From assembly GCA_951406725.2 (NCBI GenBank), contig OX597816.1, forward strand, positions 11,222,001 to 11,286,000: a stretch of 64,000 nt of DNA. Reading direction: 5' to 3'. Position 1 is the first letter of the stretch, and each line of letters begins with the position of its first letter. Shown in pieces: positions 1-12,103 of this stretch. Origin of the DNA: Octopus vulgaris. Taxonomy: Eukaryota. A model generated the notes under the pieces. The model had not been told where the DNA came from. It ran no database searches and saw nothing but the letters and a program-made list of their open reading frames with translations. The translations under genes and the position numbers were made by a program.

Positions 1-130
1 CTGTTCAGAGAAAATATTTTTGTCACTTTGAAAGTGCATCCTGTTCAGGGAAAATATTTTTTCACTTTGAAAGTGCATCCTGTTTAGGGAAAATATTTTC
101 GTTCCTTTGAAACTGCGACCTGTTCAGTGA
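1..130. repeat. Tandem repeat of about 39-40 bp (ctgttcagggaaaatatttt...cactttgaaagtgcatc), 3+ units, cut by the window edge
   Basis: The unit recurs at about 1, 41, 80 and 120 (partial). Possibly subterminal repeats of a DNA transposon. Confidence 0.75.
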
Positions 131-395
131 ACAAGTCACGGTTTCAAAGCAAAGAAAATATTTTGACACAAATGAAAATTAAATGTTGAAGTGAAACTAA
201 CGGTTTTTTTGCGTGTTCTCGAATGGCTTACAAATATCTTCCACACTACAACTGATATATTGAATGATATCGTATTTGGCATTTAATATTAATCTAATGC
301 ATCAGTACTGTCTAGGTTGCTGATTCCTAAGTATTTGTAACTCTGGGTTTGGTCTAATTTTCTTACTTCTGTTTCTTGTTTTCTTTCTTCTGTTT

Positions 396-660
396 TTTAT
401 CTTACTTGTTTCGGTCATTAAGTCTGTGGCCATGCTACAGCACTGCCTTGAAGAATTTTTCATCAAATGAATCGACCCTAGTACTTAGTTGTTTCTTTAA
501 GCCTGTTACTTATTCTATTGTTGTCTTTTGCTGAACTACTAAGTCATTGGAATGTAAACACACTAACACAGGTTGTCTAGTGCAGTGGGGGACAAACACA
601 GACACAATGCCAGACATACACACTCACACACAGACACACACACACACACACACATGTACA

Positions 661-696
<36 letters not shown>

Positions 697-852
697 TACA
701 CGACTGGGCTTCCTTCAGTTTCCATCTACCAAATCAACTCACAAGGCTTCGATCCACATGAAGCTCTAGTAGAAGACATTTCTCTAGGAAGCCTTGCAGT
801 GGGAGAGAACCCATAACATTGTGGTTGGATAACACAACTTACCACACAACCA
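396..852 (-). mobile_element. SINE-A copy (tRNA-like head, CORE-like motif, internal CA/TA microsatellite, LINE-like tail)
   Basis: Aligns by eye to the cleaner copies at 34452-34854 and 38650-39060. Confidence 0.8.
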
Positions 853-868
853 TTCTGTGATATTACTA

Positions 869-1080
869 CAGTAAGCCCTCACCATATCGCAGTTCACCTA
901 TTGCAGTTTATTATTGAAGCTCATGTCAATTCCTCCATGGTGTTGTTTTGCATTTATAATAAAATAAATATATATACAAATTATAAAAATAATAAAAATA
1001 AATATACAGTTCAGTACTGTTTCTACTTCACAGATTTTCAGCTATCATGAGGGGTTTTGGAATGTAACACCTGTGATAAG
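869..1080 (+). mobile_element. Tigger/pogo-like MITE, degenerate copy
   Basis: Starts ta|CAGTAA and is homologous to 7965-8172 and 63545-63673. Confidence 0.65.
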
Positions 1081-1584
1081 CTTAATTAATTTTCCTCCTT
1101 TTAATTTTGCCTTGGTGCATTTCACTAATCTGAGTCTCTTATCAATTATATTGTATCAATTATATTTCATATTATAATATTCTTGTTGTTGTTGTTGTTA
1201 TTGTCCCCATCATTGTTGTTGTAGTTGTGGTTTGCCATTGTTACACATATTTACAAATCTTCTCTTAAAAGGTTTTCGGCTCACTTTACATATGCAATCC
1301 TTTAGAATGTTGTTTAAACAGTCATCTCATTGAAATAAGATGGGAAAATACGAAATGCTTCTTTTGAAATGCTACTCATATCTTCCTACATCTGGGCTTT
1401 TACAAATAAAAGTAGAATCTTTAAAAAGCTTGTAACTTGATAATTAAAACGCTTAATTAAACAAATACACAAGCAATTACAACTACAGCCAAACAAAAAT
1501 TAAAGCTATAAACAATCTTAAATTGAAACATTAAATTAATTTATAGCATCATCATCATCAAAAGTAATTATCATCTTTTATTAG

Positions 1585-1639
1585 ACTTGTGGATTATTGG
1601 GAGTTCCTTGATATAAATCAGTTGAAGGAAACGGATAAA
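1585..1639 (+). CDS. Weak candidate internal exon (LVDYWEFLDINQLKETDK), gene unknown
   Basis: tcttttattag acceptor, open frame, gtatgg donor, non-repetitive context. No recognisable homology. Confidence 0.2.
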
Positions 1640-2261
1640 GTATGGGCAGTGTATGTTGCAAAAGGCAGTACCTCCTTGCCTGAAAAATCTACCTATGAAA
1701 GAACAAAAAGATAAATGATATACAGTTTAAAAGAAAAAGTAAAAAATGAAGAGATTTTTTATATGACCTAAAAGAAAGTTGTTGGAGGGAGTTCTGTGTT
1801 AAGCATTTGGGTACCCTTGACCAAGGCAGGATTTATGGGTGTACCTGGATTTTGTGACTAATAGTAAAGGAAGCATAAAGATAATGCTGGTGCACCACGA
1901 TCTTACCCTTAGTATTTGGAAAAAAGATGTATGAGGGCTATGGTTAGAAATGTTAGCACAGATATAGAAGCATGGCTTTGCAGCCTAGTACAAGCAGGAA
2001 GTGAACATTAAGGTGACACACCAACATGTCCTTGGGTGATGTCCTAATCCTGATAATCTTCAAAGATGACAGGGCTAAAATATAGAGTCATACCCCTTTC
2101 TGGGAGCAAAGAAGTTAGGAGCAATCTCACTGGTGGTGCAGAGCAGAAAACCCAGTTGTTAGATGTAAGACAGTAAAATGACCCTTGAGGGTTCTCTGTG
2201 CAGAAGAACGAGAGAAACACAAAAGGTAGTGGAAACAGTAGCATATGGTTACATGATCATC

Positions 2262-2415
2262 ATTATCATCATCATCATTGTTTAACTTCTGCCTTCCATG
2301 CTGGCATGGGTTGGGCAGTTTGACGGGAACCAGCCAGGCAGGAACCTGCACCAGACTTTTGTGTTTGTTTTGGCAGAATTTTTACAGCTGGCTGTCCATC
2401 CTAATGCCAACCACC
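2262..2415 (-). mobile_element. Family C (RTE-related non-autonomous) 3' fragment with (GAT)n tail
   Basis: ccatgctggcatgggttgg...tttacagctgg...cctaatgccaacca motif shared with more than 10 copies in the window. Confidence 0.75.
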
Positions 2416-2536
2416 CAGCAATAGAAAGAAAAAAAACAAGCAGTTCAGCAATGATTGGGAAACAAGTTGTATCAATAATATAACATGGAGAAACATTTGA
2501 CTCAACATGGTATATAAGTGCATCCCCATGTATTCT

Positions 2537-3303
2537 TATTTCTTTATTGCCCACAAGGGGCTAAACATAGTGGAGACAAACAAGAACAGACAAAGGGATG
2601 AAATCGATTACATCGACCCCAGTGCATAACTGGTACTTAAAAGGATGGAAGGCAAAGTCGACCTTGGTGGAATTTTGAACTCAGAATGTAACGGTAGATG
2701 AAATGCCGTTATTTCTTTACTACCTACAAGGGGCTAAACACAGAAAGGACAAACAAGGACAGACAAACGGATTAAGTTGATTATATCGACCCCAGTGTGT
2801 AACAGGTACTTAATTTAATCAACCCCGAAAGGATGAAAGACAAAGTCGACCTTGGTGGAATTTGAACTCAGAACGGAACGACAGATGAAATACCTATTTC
2901 TATTTCTTTACTACCCACAAGGGGCTAAACACAGAGAGGACAAATGGATTAAGTCAATTACATCGACCCCAGTGCGTAACTGGTACTTATTTAATCGACC
3001 CCGAAAGGATGAAAGGCAAAGTCGACCTCGGCGGAATTTGAACTCAGAACGTAAAGACAGACGAAATACCTATTTCTTTACTACCCACAAGGGGCTAAAC
3101 ACAGAGAGGACAAGCAAGGACAGACAAACGGATTAAGTCGATTATATCGACCCCAGTGTGTAACTGGTACTTAATTTAATCAACCCCGAAAGGATGAAAG
3201 GCAAAGTCAACCTCGGCGGAATTTGAACTCAGAACGTAACGGCAGACGAAATACCGCTAAGCATTTCGTCCAGCATGCTAACAATTCTGCCAGCTCACCA
3301 CCT
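2537..3303 (-). mobile_element. SINE-B (Nin/Deu-domain-like) four-unit head-to-tail multimer
   Basis: Repeated aaggatgaaaggcaaagtcgacc body. A single tRNA-like head at about 3240-3303. 14-bp TSD tccccatgtattct at 2523-2536 and 3345-3358. Confidence 0.85.
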
Positions 3304-4053
3304 TCTTTTTTTGCCCTTACCATGAATTCCTCATTCACGGGGTTTCCCCATGTATTCTGTATGCTTTTTGTTTGAATTTCTGTTTGGTGGTGGTAGTGGT
3401 GGTGGTGGGAGTTGTACGTGTGACCTCTTGTGAACAATATTTGTTTTTGAATTTTTATGCTTTGAGTTCAAATCTTACTGAGGTCAGCTGTATAGTTTAT
3501 CTTTCCAAGGTTGATAAAATATTTGCCTTGAAAAACCAAGTTAAGATCAATCAGATTGTATGCTTTCATGTTGTTTTTTTAAACTGTAAAATATGAAATC
3601 AGTTGAAATGTTTAATAAATTTGGACAAATTTGAAATTTTCATCACAAACAAAACTTCTCAAAATAACATCAATTGAAGCTGATGTCTAATTCCGTATTT
3701 GTTTACAGTCTAGAGAGAAGAAAAAGGAAAAATAGAAGAAAAACCAAAAACCAAATTGCATCGGTGCCTCTGGCTTCAATGATATGAAACTATATTTTAT
3801 GATGAGGAATCATAAAAGCAGCCTCTTAAATTATATAAAAATATGAGATTTACACAATGTTTATTTGAATAGTTATTACGGGACAGTATTAATAAATATT
3901 GATTTTGAATTTTGGCACAAAGCCAGCTGTTTTGGGGAGAGTGGAAGTAAGTTGATTACATCGACCCCATTACATAACTGGTACTTGTTTTATTAACCCT
4001 GAAAGGATGAAAGGCAAAGTTGACCTCAGTGGAATTTGAATTCAGAATGTAAT

Positions 4054-4222
4054 CATGTTGGATGCATCTGTTTTTGTCTGATCACTGTAGTTGAGTAACA
4101 TCGAGCCTAGTGAGTACTAAGATGGGTTACCACTTGGGAAACCTAGATGCGGTAAGCATGCCACATTTTTCCATTGTGGTGCTTCAGTAAGGCCACAGCC
4201 AGAAGGCTGAAATAAGTAAAGA
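4054..4222 (+). mobile_element. 5S rRNA-derived retroposon (SINE3-like): decayed 5S head at 4054-4158 plus SINE-A-type tail
   Basis: Colinear with metazoan 5S rRNA (gtctgatcactgtagttgagtaac...agtactaagatgggttaccacttgggaa). Tail gtggtgcttcagtaaggccacagcc...ctgaaataagtaaaga matches the SINE-A 3' end. Interrupts a minus-strand SINE-B. Confidence 0.75.
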
Positions 4223-4404
4223 TTAAAAATACGATACTAAACATTTTGCCCAGTGTGTTAATGGTTTTGTGGGTTCACTGCCCGAATAACGAACCTAATT
4301 ATATTGGTTTCGAATTTTTGCACATGGCCAGCAATTTCAGAGAAGGAGGCTAAGTCAATTAGATCGTCTGCAGTGACCAACTGATAATTATTTCAATCAG
4401 CACC

Positions 4405-4692
4405 CACATTCCAACTGGCTCCTGTACTGGTAGCACATAGGGAGCAGTATCTGAATGTGGCTGATGCCAGTGCTGCCTGACTGACTCCCGTGCCAGTGGT
4501 ATATAAAAAGCACCCACTACACTCTCGGAGTGGTTGGCGTTAGGAAGGGCATCCAGCTGTAGAAACTCTGCCAGATTAGATTGGAGCCTAGCACAGCTTC
4601 TGGCTTGCCAATCCTCAGTCAAACCATCCAACCCATGCCAGCATGGAAAGTGGACGTTAAATGATGATAATGATGATGATGATGATGATGAT
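4405..4692 (+). mobile_element. Family C copy
   Basis: gttggcgttaggaagggcatccagctgtagaaac...ccatgccagcatggaaagtggacgttaa(atg)n. Confidence 0.8.
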
Positions 4693-4989
4693 TATGAACC
4701 CGAAAGGATGAAAGGCAAAGTTGAGCTTGGTGGAATTTGAACTCAGAACTTGAAGACAGACGAAATGCCACTAAGCATTTATTTTGTCCAGCATGCAAAT
4801 GATTTTAATATTTTATCAACCCCCAAAAAATAAAAGGCAAAGCTGACCCCAGCAGCATTTTAACCCAGAACATAAAGATGGATGTCTAAGCATTTTGCCT
4901 GGTGTGGTAACATTTCAGTTAGTTTGCTGCCTAAGTATTAATGAATTAGATGATTAATTTATTCAATTGTAGGTTAATCCTGATTGGTG

Positions 4990-5357
4990 GAGTAAAATGG
5001 CCTAGTGGTCAGGGCAACGGACACACGGTCATAGGATCATAGTTTTGATTCCCAGACTGGGTGTTGTGAGTGTTTATTGAGCAAAAACATCTAAAGCTCC
5101 ATGAGGCTCTGGTAGGGGGTGGTGGAGAACCCTGCTGTACACTTCACCACAACTTACTCTTTTTCTTTCTGTTTCTCTTGTACCTGTATTTCAAAGGGCC
5201 TTGTCACACTCTGTGCCACGCTGAATCTCCCCGAGAACTATGTTAAAGGTACACATGTCTGTGGAATGCTCAGCCACTTACATGTTAATTTCATGAACAG
5301 GCTGTTCCATTGATAGAATCAACTGGAACCCTCGTTGTTCAACCGACGGAGTACCAC
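4990..5357 (+). mobile_element. SINE-D (tRNA-derived head) copy
   Basis: A/B-box-like tggcctagtggtcagg...ggttttgattccc, then ttgagcaaaaacatctaaagctcc. Homologous to 56430-56724. Confidence 0.75.
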
Positions 5358-5879
5358 GAATCCTGATTGAACATACCCATCATCAGATGTATTTCATTTG
5401 TGGCCATCCAGTCTTTTTGTATTTTTTGTTCACATACAATGTAGGATATGATCTGAGGATTATTTGGTTACTATTTTTAGTATGCCAAATCATCACATAG
5501 AGGTACCCTTCTTGGATCAATATCCCCAAATCAGTGGTATTGTATAGAGAACAGAGGTAGGACAAGTATTTCTTGCTAACTGGGCTTCCATAGCAATAAA
5601 TAATGTAATGTATGTAAAAATCACACCACAATTAGCAATGGGAGTGTTGCATATTTATTAGGAGGCAGGGGAAATTTCACAGTCTTTCAGAATGCCAGAA
5701 TAAAGCTATTCCAGAGAATTTTCCATCATCAGAGACAACAGGAATCATCTACAATTACATAGTGAAATATTTAAACTTACATACATTTAAAATACATACA
5801 TGCATACATACACATATACAAATCAAAGTCACTCGAAGCTTTGGTTGTTCAGAGACTATTGTGGAAAACACTTACCTAG

Positions 5880-5981
5880 GTTATCTATCTGTCTATCTAA
5901 CTGTCTATTTATCTATGTATCTGTCTATCTATCTATATATCTATCTATGTATCTATCTATCTGTCTATTAATCTATCTCTG

Positions 5982-6060
<79 letters not shown>

Positions 6061-6129
6061 GGATGTCTGTCTGTCTATTTGTCTGTCTGTCTGTCTATCT
6101 ATCTATTTATCTATCTATCTGTCTATCTA

Positions 6130-6187
<58 letters not shown>

Positions 6188-6245
6188 AGTCAGTCTGTCT
6201 GTCTGTCTATCTGTCTGTCTGTCTGTCTAACTATCTATCTGTCTA
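5880..6245. repeat. (TATC)n/(TGTC)n compound microsatellite
   Basis: Direct reading. Confidence 0.95.
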
Positions 6246-7321
6246 ACTATATGTATGTATATATATCATACTCACATCCTCTCTTTCTGAATGTGTGTGT
6301 ATACATCGAAAGATAGAGAAAGAGAGAGACAGAGAGAGACAGACAGACATATAGACATGTATGTGCATGCACCCATATATAAGCATATAATCATTTACAC
6401 ACACACACATACATACATACACACACACACACACACTCACACACACACACGTTTATGTATATACCTACACACATATGCAAACACACATTGATGCTGATGA
6501 AGAATTTCATGTATTCTCTAATAAAAGACATTCGCAAAGGTTTCAGTTTTATTCAGAGGAACACTTCACGTTCCTACACTATCTATTTTCATTAGAACAA
6601 ATCTCTCTCATAAAGGTTTTTCTAAATTAGAAATACTTTGTCCGTTACATTCTTTGATTGTTCTTGTAAGATTCCTGGCTAAATGTAAATATAATTTCTT
6701 CCAAACATTTCACTGAATTCTCCTGGGTGCCACTGACAATAAAACGTTCTGCTTCTTTTGTAGCCTTTCTATAGAACGAAACCATTAGACCATTTTCATG
6801 TCTCCCTTGAACGTTTTGCTGGCACTAACCTTTACTAAGATACATCCTCTTACTGAAGGAATGGTCATGGCAACAAATTTATTGATTTCAGAATACGGAA
6901 GCTTTAACTGCTCACATTATCAGTCGTATCATAACAAGGTGGTGACCTGGTATGTCTGTCTGCAGGTATTCTTCGACTTCTAAGCGTGTATTGTTTCTTT
7001 TTATAAAAGCTATTGGCATTGATGTATGGCCGAATGGCGCCTAAACCATTGGTTTACAGTCATTTGCTGAAGTTATATAAGAACAAATTTGGTTGGTTTT
7101 TAAATGGATAACTATTAAAGTGTTCCAACTTTTGGATTATTACTTATTTCCTAAATATTTTGCGACATTGAAAAGAATGTCGAAGTGTTGTGTCGTTAGA
7201 CATTTCACACACGCCTTTGAGATTTTGGAACCTGATACGTAGGTGATGGCTCACCTAGAAATGGCAGCCAAATCTCAGAATTTACACTCTACCATAAAGA
7301 AACTGTATAGTTTATATCAAT

Positions 7322-7700
7322 TATGTGTGTGAGTGTGTGTGCATGTATGAGTGTGTGAGCACATGTATGTGTATGTGCATGCATTTGTGTGTGTGTGCAT
7401 TTGTGTATGTGTGTGAGTGTGTATGTGTGCACATGTATGTGTATGTGTGTGAGTGTAAGCTGTGTGTATGAGTGCACATGTATGTGTATGTGTATGAGTG
7501 TGAGCATGTGTATGTGTGCACATGTATGTGTATGTGTATGAGTGTGAGCTGTGTGTTTGAGTGCACATGTATGTGTATGAGTGTGAGCATGTGTGTGAGT
7601 GCACATGTATGTGTATGTATGTGAGTGTGAGCATGTGTGTGTGTGTGTGCACATGTGTGTGTCTGAGTGTGTGCATGTGCATGTGCATATGTGTATGTGT
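7322..7700. repeat. TG-rich degenerate minisatellite
   Basis: Recurring gcacatgtatgtgtatg / gagtgtgagc units. Confidence 0.9.
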
Positions 7701-7964
7701 ATCTTTTATCAATTAAATTTTACTTCTTTCAGTCATTGGACTGTGGCCAGGCTGGGGCACCACCTCGAAGAAATTTATAGTAAAATCAATTGACTCCAGT
7801 CTTTATTCTTCTTAAGCTTGGTACTTATTCTATCAGTCACTTTTGCTGAACCACTAGATTATGGGGACATAAACAAACCAGCACCGGTTGTCAAGCAGTG
7901 GTGAGGAACAAACACAAACACAAGGACACGCAGACTTAAATCTATCTATCTATATATATATATA

Positions 7965-8172
7965 CAGTAATGCTTTGCCATATCGTGGTTTATTGTTTAA
8001 GCTTACGTCGATTCCTTCGCGGTGTTGTTTTGCATTTTATAATAAAATAATTATATACAAATTATAAAAATAATAAAAAGATATACAGTATAGTACTGTC
8101 TCTACTTTGTGGATTTTCACCTATCATGGGGGTTTTTGGAATGTAACATCCATGATAGCCGAGGAATTACTG
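7965..8172 (+). mobile_element. Tigger/pogo-like (Tc1/mariner) MITE
   Basis: TA|CAGTAAT...ATTACTG|TA termini with TA duplication. Three copies in the window. Confidence 0.8.
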
Positions 8173-8487
8173 TATACACACACACACATATTTATAAACA
8201 CAGGTGTATATGTTTGTGTATAGAAGAATATATTACTCAAAGAAATACCAACTTTGATTTTCATGTTTTATTTACAATCTTATAATAATATAATATAAGA
8301 TAATATGATATAATGAAATGATAGAATATTAAATGTTCATTCTGATTGATCTAGTACTTTCATGCATTAAACTATACAATCTTCAGGTTCATGTAATAGT
8401 AGTGGTGACAGTCATGTTTTACAATTTACAACTGTGGTGAAATGGCTAAACTGTGTACCTTAAATGCATTATATATATATATATATA

Positions 8488-8595
<108 letters not shown>

Positions 8596-8601
8596 CTTAT
8601 A

Positions 8602-9013
8602 AGCAAGGGCTAAAGAAGATTATTCTAAAGCCAATATACTGATTATCCACTTATTAGATATAAATGATGTACTTAAATGTAGTTATGTTTTTAGCTTCTG
8701 CTTTTTCCATAGACGCATGTAAGTATTTTATTTATATTCCCTCGTAAGCTCTACTGACGAAGAATGAATCCTTTATAAGATTAATTCCGAAATTGATTCA
8801 ATATAGAGATAACGAAATTTAAATTTTCTAAAGGTTAGTTGCCCGATTTCAGTTCAATTTTCCTGTAACAAGTGGATTATAAGTGGATAATCAGTATATT
8901 AGCTTTACAATAATCTTCTTTAGCCCTTGCTAAAGTTTTTTTAATATACTGCCATGCTTCTTGATGGAATTCTTTTCTGTAGAGATAGGGACTTCATCCT
9001 ATATTGTTAGTAG
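8602..9013 (+). mobile_element. Fold-back Penelope-like element carrying a hammerhead motif
   Basis: Inverted arms at 8602-8654 and 8879-8931, an unpaired tail to about 9013, and (TA)n on both sides. Confidence 0.6.
8749..8808 (+). ncRNA. Minimal type I hammerhead ribozyme motif
   Basis: ctcta-CTGACGA-a gaatgaatc[ctttataa]gattaattc c-GAAA-ttga t tcaa-TA-tagag. Stems I, II and III all pair. Confidence 0.75.
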
Positions 9014-9769
9014 TATATATATATATATATATATACAACAGGCTTCAGGCTTTTTCAGTTTCTGTGTAATAAATCTACTCACAAGGTTTCAGTCAGCTGA
9101 AGGTTAGAGTAGAAGACACTTGCTGAATGTGCTACACTGTGGGACTGAACACAGAACCATGTGGTTGGGCAGCAAGCTTCTTACCACACAGTGATACCTA
9201 CATCTATAAACATCACATCAGCTGAGAATCGAACCTAGGCTGCCAGTATGTCAGGCAAGCATTCTACCATTGAATCACTGTTGTTCACTATTCAAACAAA
9301 TAAATACATACATGCTCATGTGAACATACTTAGGACAAAAGTACCTATGTTTAAGTGGGTAAGAATTTTGACTAAATTTTACCATTTTCAATAATTGAGT
9401 ATAAAACAGGTAAAAAAAAAATCACCAAAAATACTAGAAAATATTTAATAAAATAGAAAAAAAAATCCACCCATAGTATTAGAAATTGCTTTCAGTATTT
9501 CGATGTGGAGAAATTTGGAAGCAGTTTTATTGAAATATAATTTGATTTTATGCCGTTATGTTAATATATTTTTTATCTAACAATAAAGTCATTATATTAA
9601 AAGATAATTAAATGAGATAAATTAAATATGAAATGGAGTTAATTGCTACCAGAGACAACCAGTCTCTGGAAGAACACACTGTTTGGTATTTACCAAAATG
9701 CTATGCTGTAGGTTCATGGATAATACCAGCCACATGAAGTTAAACTCAAGATGTTTGGTATGCCTTTAA

Positions 9770-9989
9770 CCCTTTTGTTACCAATCCAGCTGAAACCACC
9801 TCTGGTTCTGAGTACAAATGTCTTTTTTTCATAAGTTCTGAATTGAAATCTTCCACCAAACCTTAGTCCCAATTTATGTTACTAACACTAGCTTGATGAT
9901 AACTAAGTTATTTTATTAAATTCTTTGTTATATTTAAAGTAATTGAAAGAAACACAGAGCATCTCAAAAGAAATACAGTAACAAAAGGG
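9770..9989. mobile_element. piggyBac-like MITE
   Basis: TTAA|CCCTTTTGTTAC...GTAACAAAAGGG|TTAA. Confidence 0.85.
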
Positions 9990-10754
9990 TTAATGCTTCA
10001 TAGAAGAGGCAGGAAAATACTGGGTGTCCCAGGAAATCCTTGCATATTTTACACGGAGTTTCATTAAATGCTTGTAAAGTAAGACTCTTACTAATGGAGT
10101 TTTCATGTAGCTAAAATTTAATCGTTTTTAGTTGCTTCCCAACCACATCGTTTAAGGTTCAGTTCTACTGCATGGCACCTTGGACATGTGTCTTCTGCTT
10201 TAGTCTTGAGCTGACCAAAGCCTTGTGAATGGATTTGGTAGATGGAAATTGAACGAAGCCCAACATATAGGTATGACCAGCCATAATGAATCTATTTTTC
10301 TTTATATTTAATACACACAAGCGAATATAAGTTCTTACACTAACACAACACATTTATATATGTAGCTGTTTTAGTATTTCTACAGCTAACTCTTGTTCTC
10401 GTTGCATCCTAGCAACTTCCTATATAACTACATTTATTAGTTTAATTTCATTCTCATACAAAATTTTTTATAATATACACCATACCTAATATTACTTATA
10501 ACTGTCAAGTCATATCCTAATTCAAACACAACTATGCCTTTCCATTGGACGCCTCTATAAAACTTTCCTCTAATAAATGACTTATTTGGAGTTTGATTTA
10601 CTGATCTACTTACTCTTCTAGGGAACGTCTCTTAAAACCTTTCTCACTCATATTTTCAAATCACAATTAGCTGCCTCAGTTTTAGTTTATATACAACTAA
10701 ACTCACATTCTCTCAATTTTCATAAGGATAAATATATATATCCAAAAGTCTTCT

Positions 10755-10791
<37 letters not shown>

Positions 10792-11130
10792 TAATTAATT
10801 AATTGTTTGTTTCTACTTTTTGCATTTAGAAGAACAGCAGTGGGAGGGGGAACCCTGCTGTACTCTTACTCCACAACTTTCTCTCACTCTTTCTTCATGT
10901 TTCTGTTGTGCCTCTATTTCAAAAGGGTCAGCCTTGTCACACTCTGCGTCACAGTGAATCTCCCCAAGAACTACATTAAAGGTACACATGTCTGTGGAGT
11001 GCTCAGCCACTTACACGTTAATTTCTGAAGCAGGCTGTTCCGTTGATCGGATCAACTGGAACCTTCATCGTAGTAACCAATGGAGTTCCACGAGTATATA
11101 TATATGTATATATATATATATATATATATT

Positions 11131-11539
11131 CTTTATTCATTCTTTTGTTTCAGTCATTTGACTTTGGCCATGCTGGAGCACTACCTTTAGTCGAGCAAAT
11201 CGACCCCAGGACTTATTCTTTGTAAGCCTATTACTTATTCTATCGGTCTCTCTTGCCGAACACCTAAGTGACAGGGACGTAAACACACCAGCATCGGTTG
11301 TCCAGCAATGTTGGGGGACAAACACAGACACACAAACATAAACATACATACATACATAAATATATATATATATATATATATATATGACAGGCTCCTTTCA
11401 GTTTCTGTCTACTAAATCCACTTACAAGGCTTTGGTCAGCCCGAGGCTCTATTAGAAGACACTTGCCCAAGGTGCCACGAAGTGGGACTGAACCTGGAAC
11501 CATGTAGTTGGTAAGCAAGCTACTTACCACACAGCCATG
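11131..11539 (-). mobile_element. SINE-A copy, near full length
   Basis: Matches the consensus end to end. Confidence 0.85.
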
Positions 11540-12103
11540 TCAATACTTTATAAGCACTCTGCAAGGATCAAACATGGCTAACTACATTGTCTATTGAAGG
11601 CCATTGTAATCTTCACAGGCCATAAACCTACTTTCCACTGCTTCTCTAATTTATAAATCCAGAAATTCAAAAACCAAATAAACTCTATATAAGGTCACAA
11701 AGTACTGCAGCAAAACACAAAAAAATGAAGAATTATACATCTTTTAATCAGCTTACACATGTTTCAGATAGAACAGTAAATTCCAAAATTCAGACATATT
11801 AATTAATTCCATATTTGATCAACTAAAATTATAGAGAGACAAAAACTTCACCCTACTCTATCCTTACCAAAGTTATACAATGCTGTTGGCAATAGAAAAT
11901 TTTAAGGATGATAGATAGTAGTAAAACTAACAATCGTTGACCAGTATAAGGAAAAGAAATGCTTCTCAAGAGGCCCACTTAGGAGTTGTATTCATCAGAT
12001 CATGTCAGAAATGTAATTTGATGTTTAGTTTCTGTAATTCCATCCAGAAGCTTGGAAAATGCTTATGGTGAATTTCCTGCCTCATTGAAACTTTTACTAA
12101 TTT

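Noticed and set aside
2537-3303. CRISPR-like appearance of regularly spaced repeats
   Set aside because: Whole units repeat with no unique spacers, and the context is eukaryotic SINE sequence.
3709-3790. Possible terminal exon after tttgtttacag
   Set aside because: The frame compatible with the 1585 candidate stops after 8 codons, and the sequence is A-rich low complexity.
4054-4158. Functional 5S rRNA gene
   Set aside because: 5'-truncated, many substitutions, fused to a retroposon tail.
6494-6525. CTGATGA followed by an agaat/attct hairpin
   Set aside because: No GAAA, stem III or stem I partner.
6530-6970. Coding-like unique stretch on minus, possibly an old transposase
   Set aside because: Multiple stops and no motif I can name with confidence.
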